Assembly: GCF_009914755.1 (NCBI RefSeq)
Contig: NC_060936.1
From: the human T2T-CHM13v2.0 reference genome, Homo sapiens
DNA: 64,000 bases
Direction: 5' to 3' (one strand)
Shown in pieces: positions 30,277 through 58,619 of the stretch. A program made the position numbers and the translations under genes. Positions within the stretch are counted from its first letter, which is position 1. Each line of letters opens with the position of its first letter. The notes beneath the pieces were generated by a model. The model was not told the DNA's origin. It was given only the letters and a program-made list of their open reading frames with translations, and did not search any database.

Positions 30277-31013
30277 CTACTAAAATTACAAAATTAGCTG
30301 GGCGTGGTGGCACATGCCTGTAATCCCAGCTACTTGGGAGGCTGAGGCAGGAGAATCGCTTGAACCCAGAGGCAGTGGTTGCAGTGAGCCGAGGTCGTGC
30401 CATTGCACTCCAGCCTGGGCAACAAGAACGAAACTCTGTCTCAAAAAAAAAAAAAAATGGTGACTGTTGCTACTGGTGACGTAATAACACAAAACATAGG
30501 AAAAATAAACATTGGACTCATTTGATTTCATCTATGTAAAGACTTGATGACCTCTTAGTAGAAAAATGTATACATTAAGAGCCATTCACATAATATTTTG
30601 ATTCAATAAACAGATTATGACTGTACACATATCCTTCCAATAATAAAGGATATTCAGAGTTAAAACTCAAGTATATTTCCAGGTTCCTTAAATTGTTATA
30701 GGATTTTATTTTGTTTTCTTCTTTATTCCAAGAGCAGTGGCATACTGTAATGAGGTATGATTATTGTCGGATATTTTCTAGTCTCATGGTATGCAACTAC
30801 CACAAATAACTAAAGGCATGAAAACTTGTATTATTTCATATCTTCCTATTATGCATATGCCATCTTTCTGAACTAGTGGTTTTGGCAGGATTTAGGAAAC
30901 CTTTACAAATGACACTACGATGTAGGCAGCTCAATAATTATTACGTATTTTAGTGGAGTTATGCAAATGTTTGCTCATTTTGTTGATCTTTTGGATTCAG
31001 CTACGTTTGGTAC

Positions 31014-31107
31014 TTTTTTTTTTTTTTTGCAGTTGCAAGATTTAATAGAGTGAAAACAGAGCTCCCCTAAAATGGGAGGGGACCCAAAGGGGGTTGCCGT
31101 TGCCAGC
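31014..31107 (-). pseudogene. HERV-W (LTR17) R-region processed retrocopy with poly(A) tail
   Basis: minus strand reads GCTGGCAACGGCAACCCCCTTTGGGTCCCCTCCCATTTTAGGGGAGCTCTGTTTTCACTCTATTAAATCTTGCAACTGC-(A)15, matching the recalled 3' end of HERV-W/syncytin-1 mRNA; flanked by ggtac(a)tttttt repeats. Confidence 0.85.
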
Positions 31108-31171
31108 GGTACATTTTTTATTCTGTATTGCTATTTATAATCACATTATGTTGGCCGGGCACAGTGGCTCA

Positions 31172-31462
<291 letters not shown>

Positions 31463-31479
31463 TCACACCTGGAATCCTA

Positions 31480-31794
<315 letters not shown>

Positions 31795-31878
31795 TTACAT
31801 TATGTTTCCTTGTGGGGCCGGGTATAGTGGCTCATGCCTGTAATCCTAGCACTTTGGGAGGCCAAGGCAGTCAGATCA

Positions 31879-32070
<192 letters not shown>

Positions 32071-32304
32071 CTAGGCGATAGTGATACCCTGTCTCAAAAA
32101 AAAAAAATTGCATTATGTTTCTTTGCTTTGTGAATTAAGCTATGGAAATGAAGAAAAATATCCTTTGATGTATTGTATTTTAGGATTTTCATGGCCATGC
32201 TTGTCAGTTCTGTTGTTACAGAATGTCACCCTTAGTTACTTTGGGAAATGGTAATTAATTAACGTTGCAGGTGTCAAAGTAATTTCCTCTCTCTTATTTT
32301 TCAG

Positions 32305-33175
32305 CTATACTGACTTCTGTTGAAACCATTCAAAGCTAAAGACATGGACCTTCAGCAGTGTAAGAAGATATTGTACAGTATATTTTAAATCTATGAAATT
32401 CATAGTTCTGATGCTTTTGGTCACAGAGCATCATTTTATCACTTCTGGAAAATGTTTATTCCAAAACAGCTTTAATGGCCCATATGTACACTTCGTAATC
32501 TCAAGGTTATTATTCTGACACCAGCTTGCTGCTATGATTTCAGAGCACATAAGTAAAGGTGCTTTTTAATGTGCAGTCTATTTCCAGAGCTTACTTAGTT
32601 GCTGATTTCCAGATTTCGATGTTTCTTAAGTCTAGGTGAATTTATATATATATTTTTTTGCTTTTCATTTTCTAAAGTTAGTTATTATTTCCATTGAAGC
32701 TTGTTTTCTTTTTTTCTTCCCATTTTAGCTACTGCAGTGCTTTTGTTTCACACTTGATTTGTAAAAATTTTATATATATGTATTTAAAATGTGCCATTTT
32801 ATTGCTAAGTGAAGTATGTCCTGTTTTCTGCTATAATTCTTTCTCGGTCAGATTGCAATGTCAGCAGTTACTGCCACACTCCTGTCAGCTTAAACACAAA
32901 TGTTACTGCTTATCTTTTCTTAAAAAAAAAAAAAACAAAGTGTAGGTATTTTGAAGTACTGGGCTTATATTTCATTGGAATACATGTGTACAGCAATAAG
33001 CAGGTTTCCAAATCCGGTACTTAGTTTGTGTACAAATGTAATTATGTTCATTGTGTATATATTATACAATGAGCACATGTAATGTATTAAAGGCTACTTA
33101 CTATTGTTTAAATGCAAATGTTCATATCTCATTTCTTTTTTTATCATGTTAAATAAATGTTGATGTTCTTAAATC
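32305..33175 (+). other. PLEKHA5: PLEKHA5 terminal non-coding exon (3'UTR)
   Basis: strong acceptor tttcctctctcttatttttcag| at 32304; ~870 nt repeat-free AU-rich sequence ending shortly after AATAAA; 3' end approximate. Confidence 0.85.
33152..33157 (+). terminator. PLEKHA5: Polyadenylation signal AATAAA (with upstream ATTAAA at 33086-33091 and several UGUA CFIm motifs)
   Basis: aaataaatgttgatgttctt followed by GU/U-rich downstream sequence (gtgttagaatttttgttcttt). Confidence 0.85.
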
Positions 33176-33214
33176 AGTGTTAGAATTTTTGTTCTTTCCA
33201 TCCAAAATTGAAAG

Positions 33215-33420
33215 TCTTAAGACTCAAGAGACCTCTAGAAGAAAAGGTACTCTGTTAATTTTATAATCCTAGACAACATCTTAAAAGATCCTTGTCGGTC
33301 CAACCCTCCCATGTCAAAGTTGAGGACCTTGAGGCTCAAAGAGATCAATTGAGTTGGCCACAATTTAATGACAGAATTTTGACCAGACTATAGTTTTTTC
33401 TGACTTTTTCTCTAAGTACA
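33215..33420 (-). mobile_element. MIR-like remnant
   Basis: ttggtccaaccctccc-like, gaggaccttgaggctcaaagagatcaattgagttggcca motif. Confidence 0.5.
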
Positions 33421-34140
33421 TTACATTAGCTCATTACCACTAGAGGAGTTTAGTTTTGTGAAGTCTTTTACCACGTTTCTATTTGCTTCCATGTTTCAGA
33501 AAGTAACTTCAAGCATCAGTAGTCCTGCTCTGTTTAGGGATTGGACTTTGAGAGAGGTGTGTAAGGCAGCTGTTTGTCTGACATGGGTAGCTAGAAACCG
33601 TTTCATCGTAAGTAGGACCCTCAGAGATCATTTTCTCTTACAATACATTCTTTGCAGATGTTCACGCTCTTCAGAATCAATTACATTTTCTTCCCTCTGT
33701 AACCTTTTGTTCATGCTATATATTGTTCCCAGAAAACACGGAAATTTGATGCTTTTGGATTCCTGCATAAAATGGCTGAAACTAAATTGGCACTAGTCAG
33801 TCTTTTTTTCCTCCCCATCCTATGTTAAAGAGGATTTTGATTTAATTCAAAATGCAAATGTATAAAAATTCTTCTGCAAACACAATGAAATGAAAATAGA
33901 TACAATGTATATTGGGAGGTGAAAGAAAACAGAAGTTAAAATGGACACCTCTCTGTGTCCATGTACATATGTGTAATATGTTTACACATACTACCTTTCT
34001 CTAAAGGTGTCACACAAAAGTCTTCTCAAAAGAAATAGTCACCAAATTATTATTTCCCTTTAGTCATGATACAATGATTGTTTCAGATCCTTTGTCAGTG
34101 TGTTGGGGAACAATTGCTATTATTCGGGTTTTGTTTGGGG

Positions 34141-38554
<4,414 letters not shown>

Positions 38555-39352
38555 CAAAACAGTTTTATATAGATTTAGCATATGGCAGAGAGACTCACTT
38601 TTGAGCAACTGTATGAATGTGTAAGGAATAAACTGATTCACTTAATGCAGGAACAAATGATTTTTTTGTTATGCTAAAGTAATTTGGGAGGAGTTTTCCC
38701 AGAACTGTTTCTGAAAAATGGATCAAATGCTTCATGGATAGGTTGAAAATAAATGTTTAAAGTGTATGATTGGTATTTTAAAAGCAGAAATTTTAAATGT
38801 TTTATTTAGTTTTAAAATTATTTACAGTGAAAAGTCAACCGAAAACAAAGTAAAAGGCTGGGTGAAAGGCATGGAGAAAATATGGCAGGACTAGTTTATG
38901 TAATTCAAGCCTGAGACAACACATTTAAGAACAGGAGATAGAACCCCCAGCTATGTCCCGGCGCTCAGTGACTCACCAGCTTACTGGAAAGTCCCTCGAG
39001 TCCTCTATTAACTAGATTCAGAAAAGCCTACCCAATCTCTTTGAGTGAAAGCTCACTCATTCCAGCCCTTCCCTAGAAGGAGCTTCACCTTCATTCTTCT
39101 GGTGTAGGAAACAGTATAGGCGATTATTCTAGCTTGGCAGGAGGGACCCTCCACCAACTCTGTTGCCAGGAAGCCTGAGTTCCTCCAGAACACCCTGTTG
39201 CTGCTATGGGGCCTCATTGTATATTGGGGAGGAGCACAGAGGCTGGTGCTAGGCTACCTGAGTTGGAACTGAGCTCTGCCACTTTTACTGTGTGTTCTCA
39301 GGCCAAGGTATTCATCCTTCCTAAACCTAAGTTTTTCCACGAAATTGGTCCG

Positions 39353-39756
39353 TGTCTTAGTTTGTTTTCTGTTGCTTATAACAGAACACCTAAAATGGTA
39401 TCTTATAAAGAAAAGGAATATATTTTTTACAGTTCTGGAGACTGAGAAGTCCAAGGTCAAGAGGCCGTGTCTGGCGAGGGCTTTGTTGCTGGTGGGTACG
39501 CTACAGAGTCCCAGGGAGGCTCAGGGCATCACACACAATGAGAGGCAGAGCGTGTCACCATGCTGACAAGCTAGCTCAGGCCTGTCTTCCACGTACAAAG
39601 CTGACAGTTCTCCAGTGATAACCCATTCATTCATCAACCCACGAATAAATGAATCCCTGGCCTCGAGATGCAGTCATCTCTCTCAAAGGCCCCTGCCACA
39701 TTGAGAATTAAATTTCGACATGAGTTTTGGAGTGGACTGATACTCAAACCATAACA
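39353..39756. mobile_element. MST-type MaLR solo LTR inserted in a MIR (MIR pieces ~39230-39350 and ~39760-39860)
   Basis: TGTCTTAGTTTG...acagttctggagactgagaagtccaaggtcaag...catgagttttgg...caaaccataaCA. Confidence 0.82.
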
Positions 39757-39952
39757 GCCTACTAAGAGTTATTACACTATATGGTTGTAAAGACTAAATA
39801 TGTTAACACATCAGGTGTAGAATAGTGCCTAGCAGCATATAAATACTTGCTACCATTAGCTGTTATTCACTAAGGCTAACCTCATCTAACTGTAACTGTT
39901 TCTAAGTTTACCAGAGCACTGTTGTTAATCATCTTAGTTAATCAGCATTTAA

Positions 39953-40790
<838 letters not shown>

Positions 40791-40949
40791 ATAGTAAGCC
40801 TCTGTGTTTATTGGATTTTTGTTTTATTTGTGGGGATAAATTCAGGAGTGTTTATTTACAAAGGTATGCACAGAGTATAGAAGGACTGAAGATTGATAAT
40901 CCAAGAGCTGTTTTCACTCCTAGGCCCAAAGGGAAGAGGGGAGGAGTAA

Positions 40950-41300
<351 letters not shown>

Positions 41301-41439
41301 TAGCCAGGATGGTCTCGATCTCCTGACCTCATGATCCACCCGCCTCGGCCTCCCAAAGTGCTGGCATTTGTGCCGGCCCCTTGTCACAATTTCTTAATGG
41401 GGCTCCCACTGGCTGAACCCAACAGGATTCAAAGGTCAC

Positions 41440-42090
41440 AGGAGTTCTGCTGGGTGTTGCCAGGAACTCCTGGGGATCTCCAAGACCTTTTCAGGAAATC
41501 CCATGAAGTCACAACTGTTTTCATAGTAATGGTAAGATGTTATTTGCCTTTTTTACTCATTCTCTCAATAGTGAACAGTGGAGTTTCCAAAAGCTGCATG
41601 GCCTGTGATATCTCAGCAGATTGAATGCAGAAGCAGACATGAATATCTGTCTTCTATTAACCCAGATATTAAAGAAAGTTATAGCCGGGTGTGGTGGCTC
41701 ACACCTGTAATCCCAGCTCTCAGGGAGGCTAAGAGGCGGGAGGATAGCTTGAGCCCAGGAGTTCGAGACCTGCCTGGGCAATATAGCGAGACCCCGTTCT
41801 CCAGAAAAAGGAAAAAAAAAAAAAGTTATAAAAGTGAAAAACAGTGTCTGTCTTCTCAGTTTTGTTTTGGAACATAGAGGTTTTTATTTATTAAAAACTA
41901 TGTTATTTGTATTAAGTTATAGCAGGTTTATTGTTATTTTAGATGAATGAGTAAATATTTTAAACATTTCTCAGTTTTCACTTCCACTGCAGTGAATACA
42001 CATAGATGTAACCTACACAAACAAGCTATCTAGGATCCTCAATAGTTGTTAAGCATGTGAGAATCCTGAGACCCCAAAAGTTTGGGAACC
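41440..42090. mobile_element. hAT-Charlie family DNA transposon remnant (MER119/Charlie7-like), within an old MLT1-like LTR (~40800-42180)
   Basis: cctggggatctccaagaccttttcagg...cagattgaatgcagaagcagacatga...cctgagaccccaaaagtttgggaacc; subfamily uncertain. Confidence 0.55.
41684..41821 (+). pseudogene. BC200 (BCYRN1) RNA retropseudogene
   Basis: CCCAGCTCTCAGGGAGGCTAAGAGGCGGGAGGATAGCTTGAGCCCAGGAGTTCGAGACCTGCCTGGGCAATATAGCGAGACCCCGTTCTCCAGAAAAAGGAAAAA is BC200-diagnostic; TSD aaagttata at 41675-41683 and 41822-41830. Confidence 0.93.
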
Positions 42091-42180
42091 ACCCATATAG
42101 TCCATACAGCTTGGCCTCCTGTGACAGGGCACTGCTGAAAAATGTGAGATCTGGAGGTGCAAATAGAAGATATCAGCTCA

Positions 42181-43725
<1,545 letters not shown>

Positions 43726-44229
43726 TTATTCCATGTCAAAATGGAGTGGCGCCCACGAAAAAAATCCATGTTATCTATCCAAATTATCATATTACTTGAA
43801 ATGTGTGATTTATGTGGAGGCATTTGTGTTGCTTATAAGAAATTACTGTTCTTTGCCTTATTAGGCTATCTGGGTCTACCCAACATAAGAAAATGAAAGA
43901 TTCGTCACACTGTATTTGAAGTAGCAACCAAAGCTGTCCAAAAACTTGTTCAGCATATATGCCTTAAGTAGCAGATGCTGAAGGGACCCCAGTTTTTTTT
44001 TCTCATCTAGATTTTTGCCAAGTGTTTTGGGGGTTGTGCAGCATCTAAAAGCAGGCCAAAGAGCAGGCCTGAGACAGAGTTAATGCCTGTAATACCCTCT
44101 GGAAAATAGCAGGGACATAATGGAGTTGCTAACATTTCAAACCGGTTGGCTTCTAGCCATATCCCCGAAAACTGTCCACAAGCAAAGATGAGGGAAGCAG
44201 CTGCTTCTAGTCAAATTCCCTAACTTGAA

Positions 44230-44540
44230 GCTTACAAAAGAAGAAATACAAGCATTGGATAAACATATGAACAGATGCTCAGTATCTGTGGTAATCAAAG
44301 ATATGCAAATTAAAATGATGAGTTATCCTTTTTTACCCATCAGATTGGAAAAGACTAAGAAGAGTGATAATGCACAGAGTTAGCAGGATGTAGGGAAAGC
44401 GATGTACTCACATGGGAATGGTGGGAGTGTAATTGATAAAACCTTTCCAAAGCCTTACAAATGTATCCTCTTTGACCCAGCAATTCTACTTCTGGGAATA
44501 TATCTCCAAGAAATCACCTGGTGAGTACCCAGAGGCATTT
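44230..44540 (+). mobile_element. Old L1 (L1ME-like) ORF2 3' remnant
   Basis: aaacatatgaacagatgctca...atgcaaattaaaatg...ctttgacccagcaattctacttctgggaatatatc. Confidence 0.7.
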
Positions 44541-45096
44541 CGCAGTTTGTTTTAGATGTGGTTTAAATACAGGGTCTACTTATCTCTGGCCTGGCAGGTG
44601 CGGTGGCTCACACCTGTAGTAATCCCAGCACTTTGGGAGGCCAAGGCGGGCAGATCACCTGAGGTCAGGAGTTCAAGACCAGCCTAGGCAATATGGCGAA
44701 ACCCCGTCTCTATCAAAAAATACAAAAATTAGCCAGGCTTGGTGGCACACGCCTGTAGTCCCAGCTACTCGGGAGGTTGCAGTGAGTCAAGATTGCACCA
44801 CTGCACTCCAGCCTGGGTGACAGAGCGAGACTCTGCCTCAAAAAAAAAAATAAAATAAAATAAAATAAAATAAGTAAGTAAATAAATAAATACAGGGCCT
44901 ACTTATCTCATGCCATAAGAAGTCCAACGTGGGGAGGGAGTGCAGGGCTTGCTGGAGACTCCAGGGTGCTATGAAGAAGCCAAGCCCCTCTCTCCCTGTT
45001 CTATCAGCAGTGATTGCTCCAACTCAGGCATTGCCACCTGTGCAGAACGGGAAGCCAAAGAGGCATTCTCAGCTGTCTCCTTTTGTGTCTCTGTGC

Positions 45097-46322
45097 TGTT
45101 GTGAAATATATATTAGGTCTTCATCTGGTTTCCTGCTCCTAAAATTCTTGGAATCTCCATAGTGATGAGTGTTTTTTGAGACAGGATCTTGCTCCATCAC
45201 CCAGGCTGGAGTGCAGTAGAGCAATCACAGCTGACTACAGCCTTGACTTCCTGACTTCCTGGGTCCAAGCAATCCTCCAACCTCAGCCTCCTGAGTAGCT
45301 GGGACCATAGGTGAATGCTGCCTCACCTGGTTAGGTTCTTGTTTCTTTTGGTGTTTTGTTGTTGTTGTTGTTTATTTTTTTTACTTCTTTCTCTTTTCTC
45401 TTCTTTTTTTTTCTTCTTTTCTTCTTCTTCTTCTTCTTCTTCTTCTTCTTCTTCTTCTTCTTCTTCTTTCTTCTCCTCCTCCTCCTCCTTCTTCTTTGTG
45501 TGGTTTTATTTTGTTTGTTTGTTTTATAGGGACGAGGTCTTGTGATGTTACCCAGGTTGGTCTCAAACTCCTGGGCTCAAGCAATCTTCCCGCCTCAGCC
45601 TCCCACAGTGCTGGATTACAGGCGTGAGCAACCACTTTTAGCCAAAGAGTGTATTTTGTCTGCTAATGAGAAGACTCGTAGCTGAGGCTCCTAGATAGGC
45701 TCTGGTTGGGGATTCGTTGTCAGGGGAACTAACTAGATGACTAAAGGGTTGGACCTCTCAGCCCCACCCCTAGACCTATGGGGAAGGGAGAAAACCTGAA
45801 GGTTAAGTTGATCAGCAATGGTCAATGATTGAATCAATCTTACCTGTGCCATGAAGCCTCCATAAAAGACACGGTTCTGATGAGCTTCCAGATGATTGAA
45901 TGTATGGAGGTTCCTGGAGAGTGTGGAAGCTCCACACCCCTTACCCCATACCTCACCCTATGCATCTCTTCATCTGTATCCTTTATTATAAACCATCAGC
46001 GTAAGTGTTTCCCTGAGTTCTGTGAGCCCTCCTAGCAAATTAATCAAGCCCAAGAGAGGGTCTGGTTTGTAGCCAGTCAGAAAGTCTGGGGAGGCACGGA
46101 CTTGTGATTGGCATCTGAAGTGGAGGCAGTTTTAGTGGGGCTGATCCTTCCACCTGTGGGAACGGACACTATCTCCAGGTATGTAGTGTCAGAATTGAAT
46201 TAGAGGACACCTAGCCGGTATGCGCTGGAGAATCTGCTGGAGGTTTGCTTGGTGGGCTGATGGGGAGAAATCCACACACATTTTGGTGAGCAGGTGTGCT
46301 ATGTCAAATTGAGTGGTCTCAA
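45097..46322. mobile_element. MER21-like ERVL LTR, interrupted by an antisense Alu (45172-45643), nested in an MLT1-like remnant
   Basis: ttggacctctcagccccaccc...caatggtcaatgattgaatcaatc...gtaagtgtttccctgagttctgtgagcc...tgtcagaattgaatt typical of MER21. Confidence 0.75.
45421..45490. repeat. (CTT)16 / (GAA)16 followed by (CCT)n, within an Alu middle linker
   Basis: pure CTT run 45421-45468, directly visible. Confidence 0.95.
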
Positions 46323-47346
46323 CACAGTCTCATATTCTCACTGGCCAGAACCAAATGACATGGCCACCCTAGCCATCGGGGTGTCTGGGAAAACAAGTGT
46401 TTCTCTTCCCAAACTTTAGAATAGAGAAAGGCAAGGAGAAAAGAGTTGAAATGGGTGTTGAGTGAGCCAAGCTGCAAAAAATATCCCACAAACTAACATC
46501 CACCTCACAAACTAAATGTCACCTGCAGCGAACTGGTTAAATAAATCAGAGACTATCCAGTGCATGTTGTTCCTTATTGTATGGTGTGGTTAATCTATGA
46601 AAAGCTGTTCACTGTATATGTAGTAAACAGGGCAGTTTATAAAACAATATGTCCTGCAGGATCCCATTTTGTTAAAGAGACATGTATACTATTCATTCAC
46701 AGAAAAGCCTGGATATACACGATAATGTTCATTCTGGATCTTCTTTAAACACTTCCACATTCTATGATTTATTTTTGGCAAGAAATCACGTCTTTGTTTT
46801 AGAATAAGGAGCAGAAAGTAAATTTCCATTTTTAGTTTCCCATTGGGCCAGAAACTGGAGATAAACTAGTCAGTTAAAATCAACCTGATGATGCCTTCTG
46901 CCCCCCACGTGACCTCTAAATGTTAGCTGTAAAACTTTGTGAGTTGAGTCAAAGCCAAGTTTAAAGGGAAAACCATAAATAAGCCATTTTGGAAAATATA
47001 GCTATTGGCAATCTGTTACATTTCACTTGTATTTCTAAGAGGACACACTCCAGCACATCCCTAGTTGCCTGACTAAAGCTCGCTTGGTAAAACAAAGTGA
47101 TAATTATTTCAGCAATAGGCTCAGCGCACAATCATGTAGAACCTGTTTTTGAAGGAAGACTGATTGGCATGCCAAAAAGAAAGTCTTGGGTCAGGATGCT
47201 AAGTAAAAACTTATTTGTGAAATGGTCTGGAAGAATTTGATAGTGTGAATGTATCATCTCTGAGGAAATCTCAGGAACATCAACATAAAACAAGCTCTCC
47301 TTTGAGTTTCCAGTGATTTGGTTCATTTGCTTGTTTTTTGGAATGA

Positions 47347-49578
<2,232 letters not shown>

Positions 49579-50079
49579 TGAGGTATTTTAAGTAGGAGAT
49601 TGACAGGACCAGATTTGCCTTTTGAATAGATAACTGTGTCACTTTTGTATATTCATACAATGAAAAGGTTATGCTGCACTGAAAATAGACTTGGATGACA
49701 CGTCTCAGCATGAAAATTTCACACAGATGTAAGATTAGTGGGCTAGGGGTAGCGACCAAGTGACAGAAGGATACATACAATGTAATTTTATCTATATAAG
49801 CATAAAATATTCATGAAAATATACACACACATATATGGACACATAAATATTGTAAAAATATAAAGACCTGTGGAAAAGGATAAATGGCAAAATCAGGTTA
49901 TAGTTATCTCTGGAATGCTAGGCCGGGCAAGGTTGCCCATGCCTGTAATCCCAGCACTTTGGGAGGCTGAGGCAGTGACAGAGCGAGACTCCATCAAAAG
50001 GAAGGAAGGAAGGAAGGAGGGAGGGAGGGAGGGAGAAAAGGGGAAGGGGAAGGGGAAGGGGGAAGGGGGAAGAAAGGAA

Positions 50080-50420
50080 GCATTATGCTAAGTGAAGAAC
50101 GAATTTACAAAAGGCCACATATTGTATGATTCCATTGATATGAAATATCCATCATAGGCAAATTCATAAAGACAGAAAGCTGATTAGTAGTTGCCAGGTG
50201 CTTAGAAAGAGGGAAATGAGAAGTGACTACTTGATGGGTATGGGGTTTCCATTTGGGATGAAGAAAAGGTTTTGTTAACGAGGTCATGATGTCTGCACAC
50301 TATGAATGAATGTCTGCACATCATGAATACCTGTACTTAATGCCACCGAATTGTACACTTTCAAATTGTTAAAATGGTAAATTTTATGTTATGTGCGTTT
50401 TACCACAATTTAAAGGGAAA
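50080..50420 (+). mobile_element. L1MB-like 3' end, preceded by a (GGAA/GGGA)n purine tract at ~50000-50078
   Basis: cattatgctaagtgaa...catattgtatgattccatt...aatgccaccgaattgtacactt...gttaaaatggtaaattttatgttatgtg. Confidence 0.8.
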
Positions 50421-50510
50421 GAAAATGAGGAGGCTCAGGTTTGTGCACTTAACCATACCACTCATCTAACTTTATGTACTTGCTCATGCTTCACAGAATG
50501 TAGAGATCCA

Positions 50511-55450
<4,940 letters not shown>

Positions 55451-56016
55451 GCAGCAACATAAAGAAAACAACCAAACATTCAGCTGTGAAATAATTGCCT
55501 TTAAGTAGAGTATGTACCAATTCACTCAGCTTGTTGGACTCTGATGTCAATGAGGCCAGGAGCTTACCCCCCCCCGGGGGGCCAGGAGATTCAAATACAG
55601 GCAACATTTCTTCCATCATCAACATCCCTACTTCCAATTTGTCATCGCAAAAGTGCTGTTATTCCCAAGGGATTTTAAGGAGGTGATGTAGACAGGACAT
55701 TTTCAACACTCCTGGGGAAAGTGTGTCTTTATATATTTGTAATGTCAGATCAGTAGTATCATCTTGATATTCAAGGGACTGCCCTATCCTAAAACATAAA
55801 CTTGAGAAACTTATGTTAAGTGAATAGCATGGAAGTTAATGGTCAAATGCAGTATGTCTCTTACCAAAGGAGACTTGGACACAGAAGAGCCTCACATTTG
55901 TAAATGCTTTAAATCCTGATTTCCTTTTAGGTCACAAGTCTGTCTTCCCTTGCCAACTTCATACGTAATGCAATGGCATCAGCTTTTGGTGAAAGCTTGA
56001 TTGATTCCTTCTTCTT

Positions 56017-58602
<2,586 letters not shown>

Positions 58603-58619
58603 AGTTTTTAAATTTTATT

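Noticed and set aside
45381-45635. Poly-Arg/poly-Ser ORFs
   Set aside because: Translation of the (GAA/CTT)n microsatellite within an Alu
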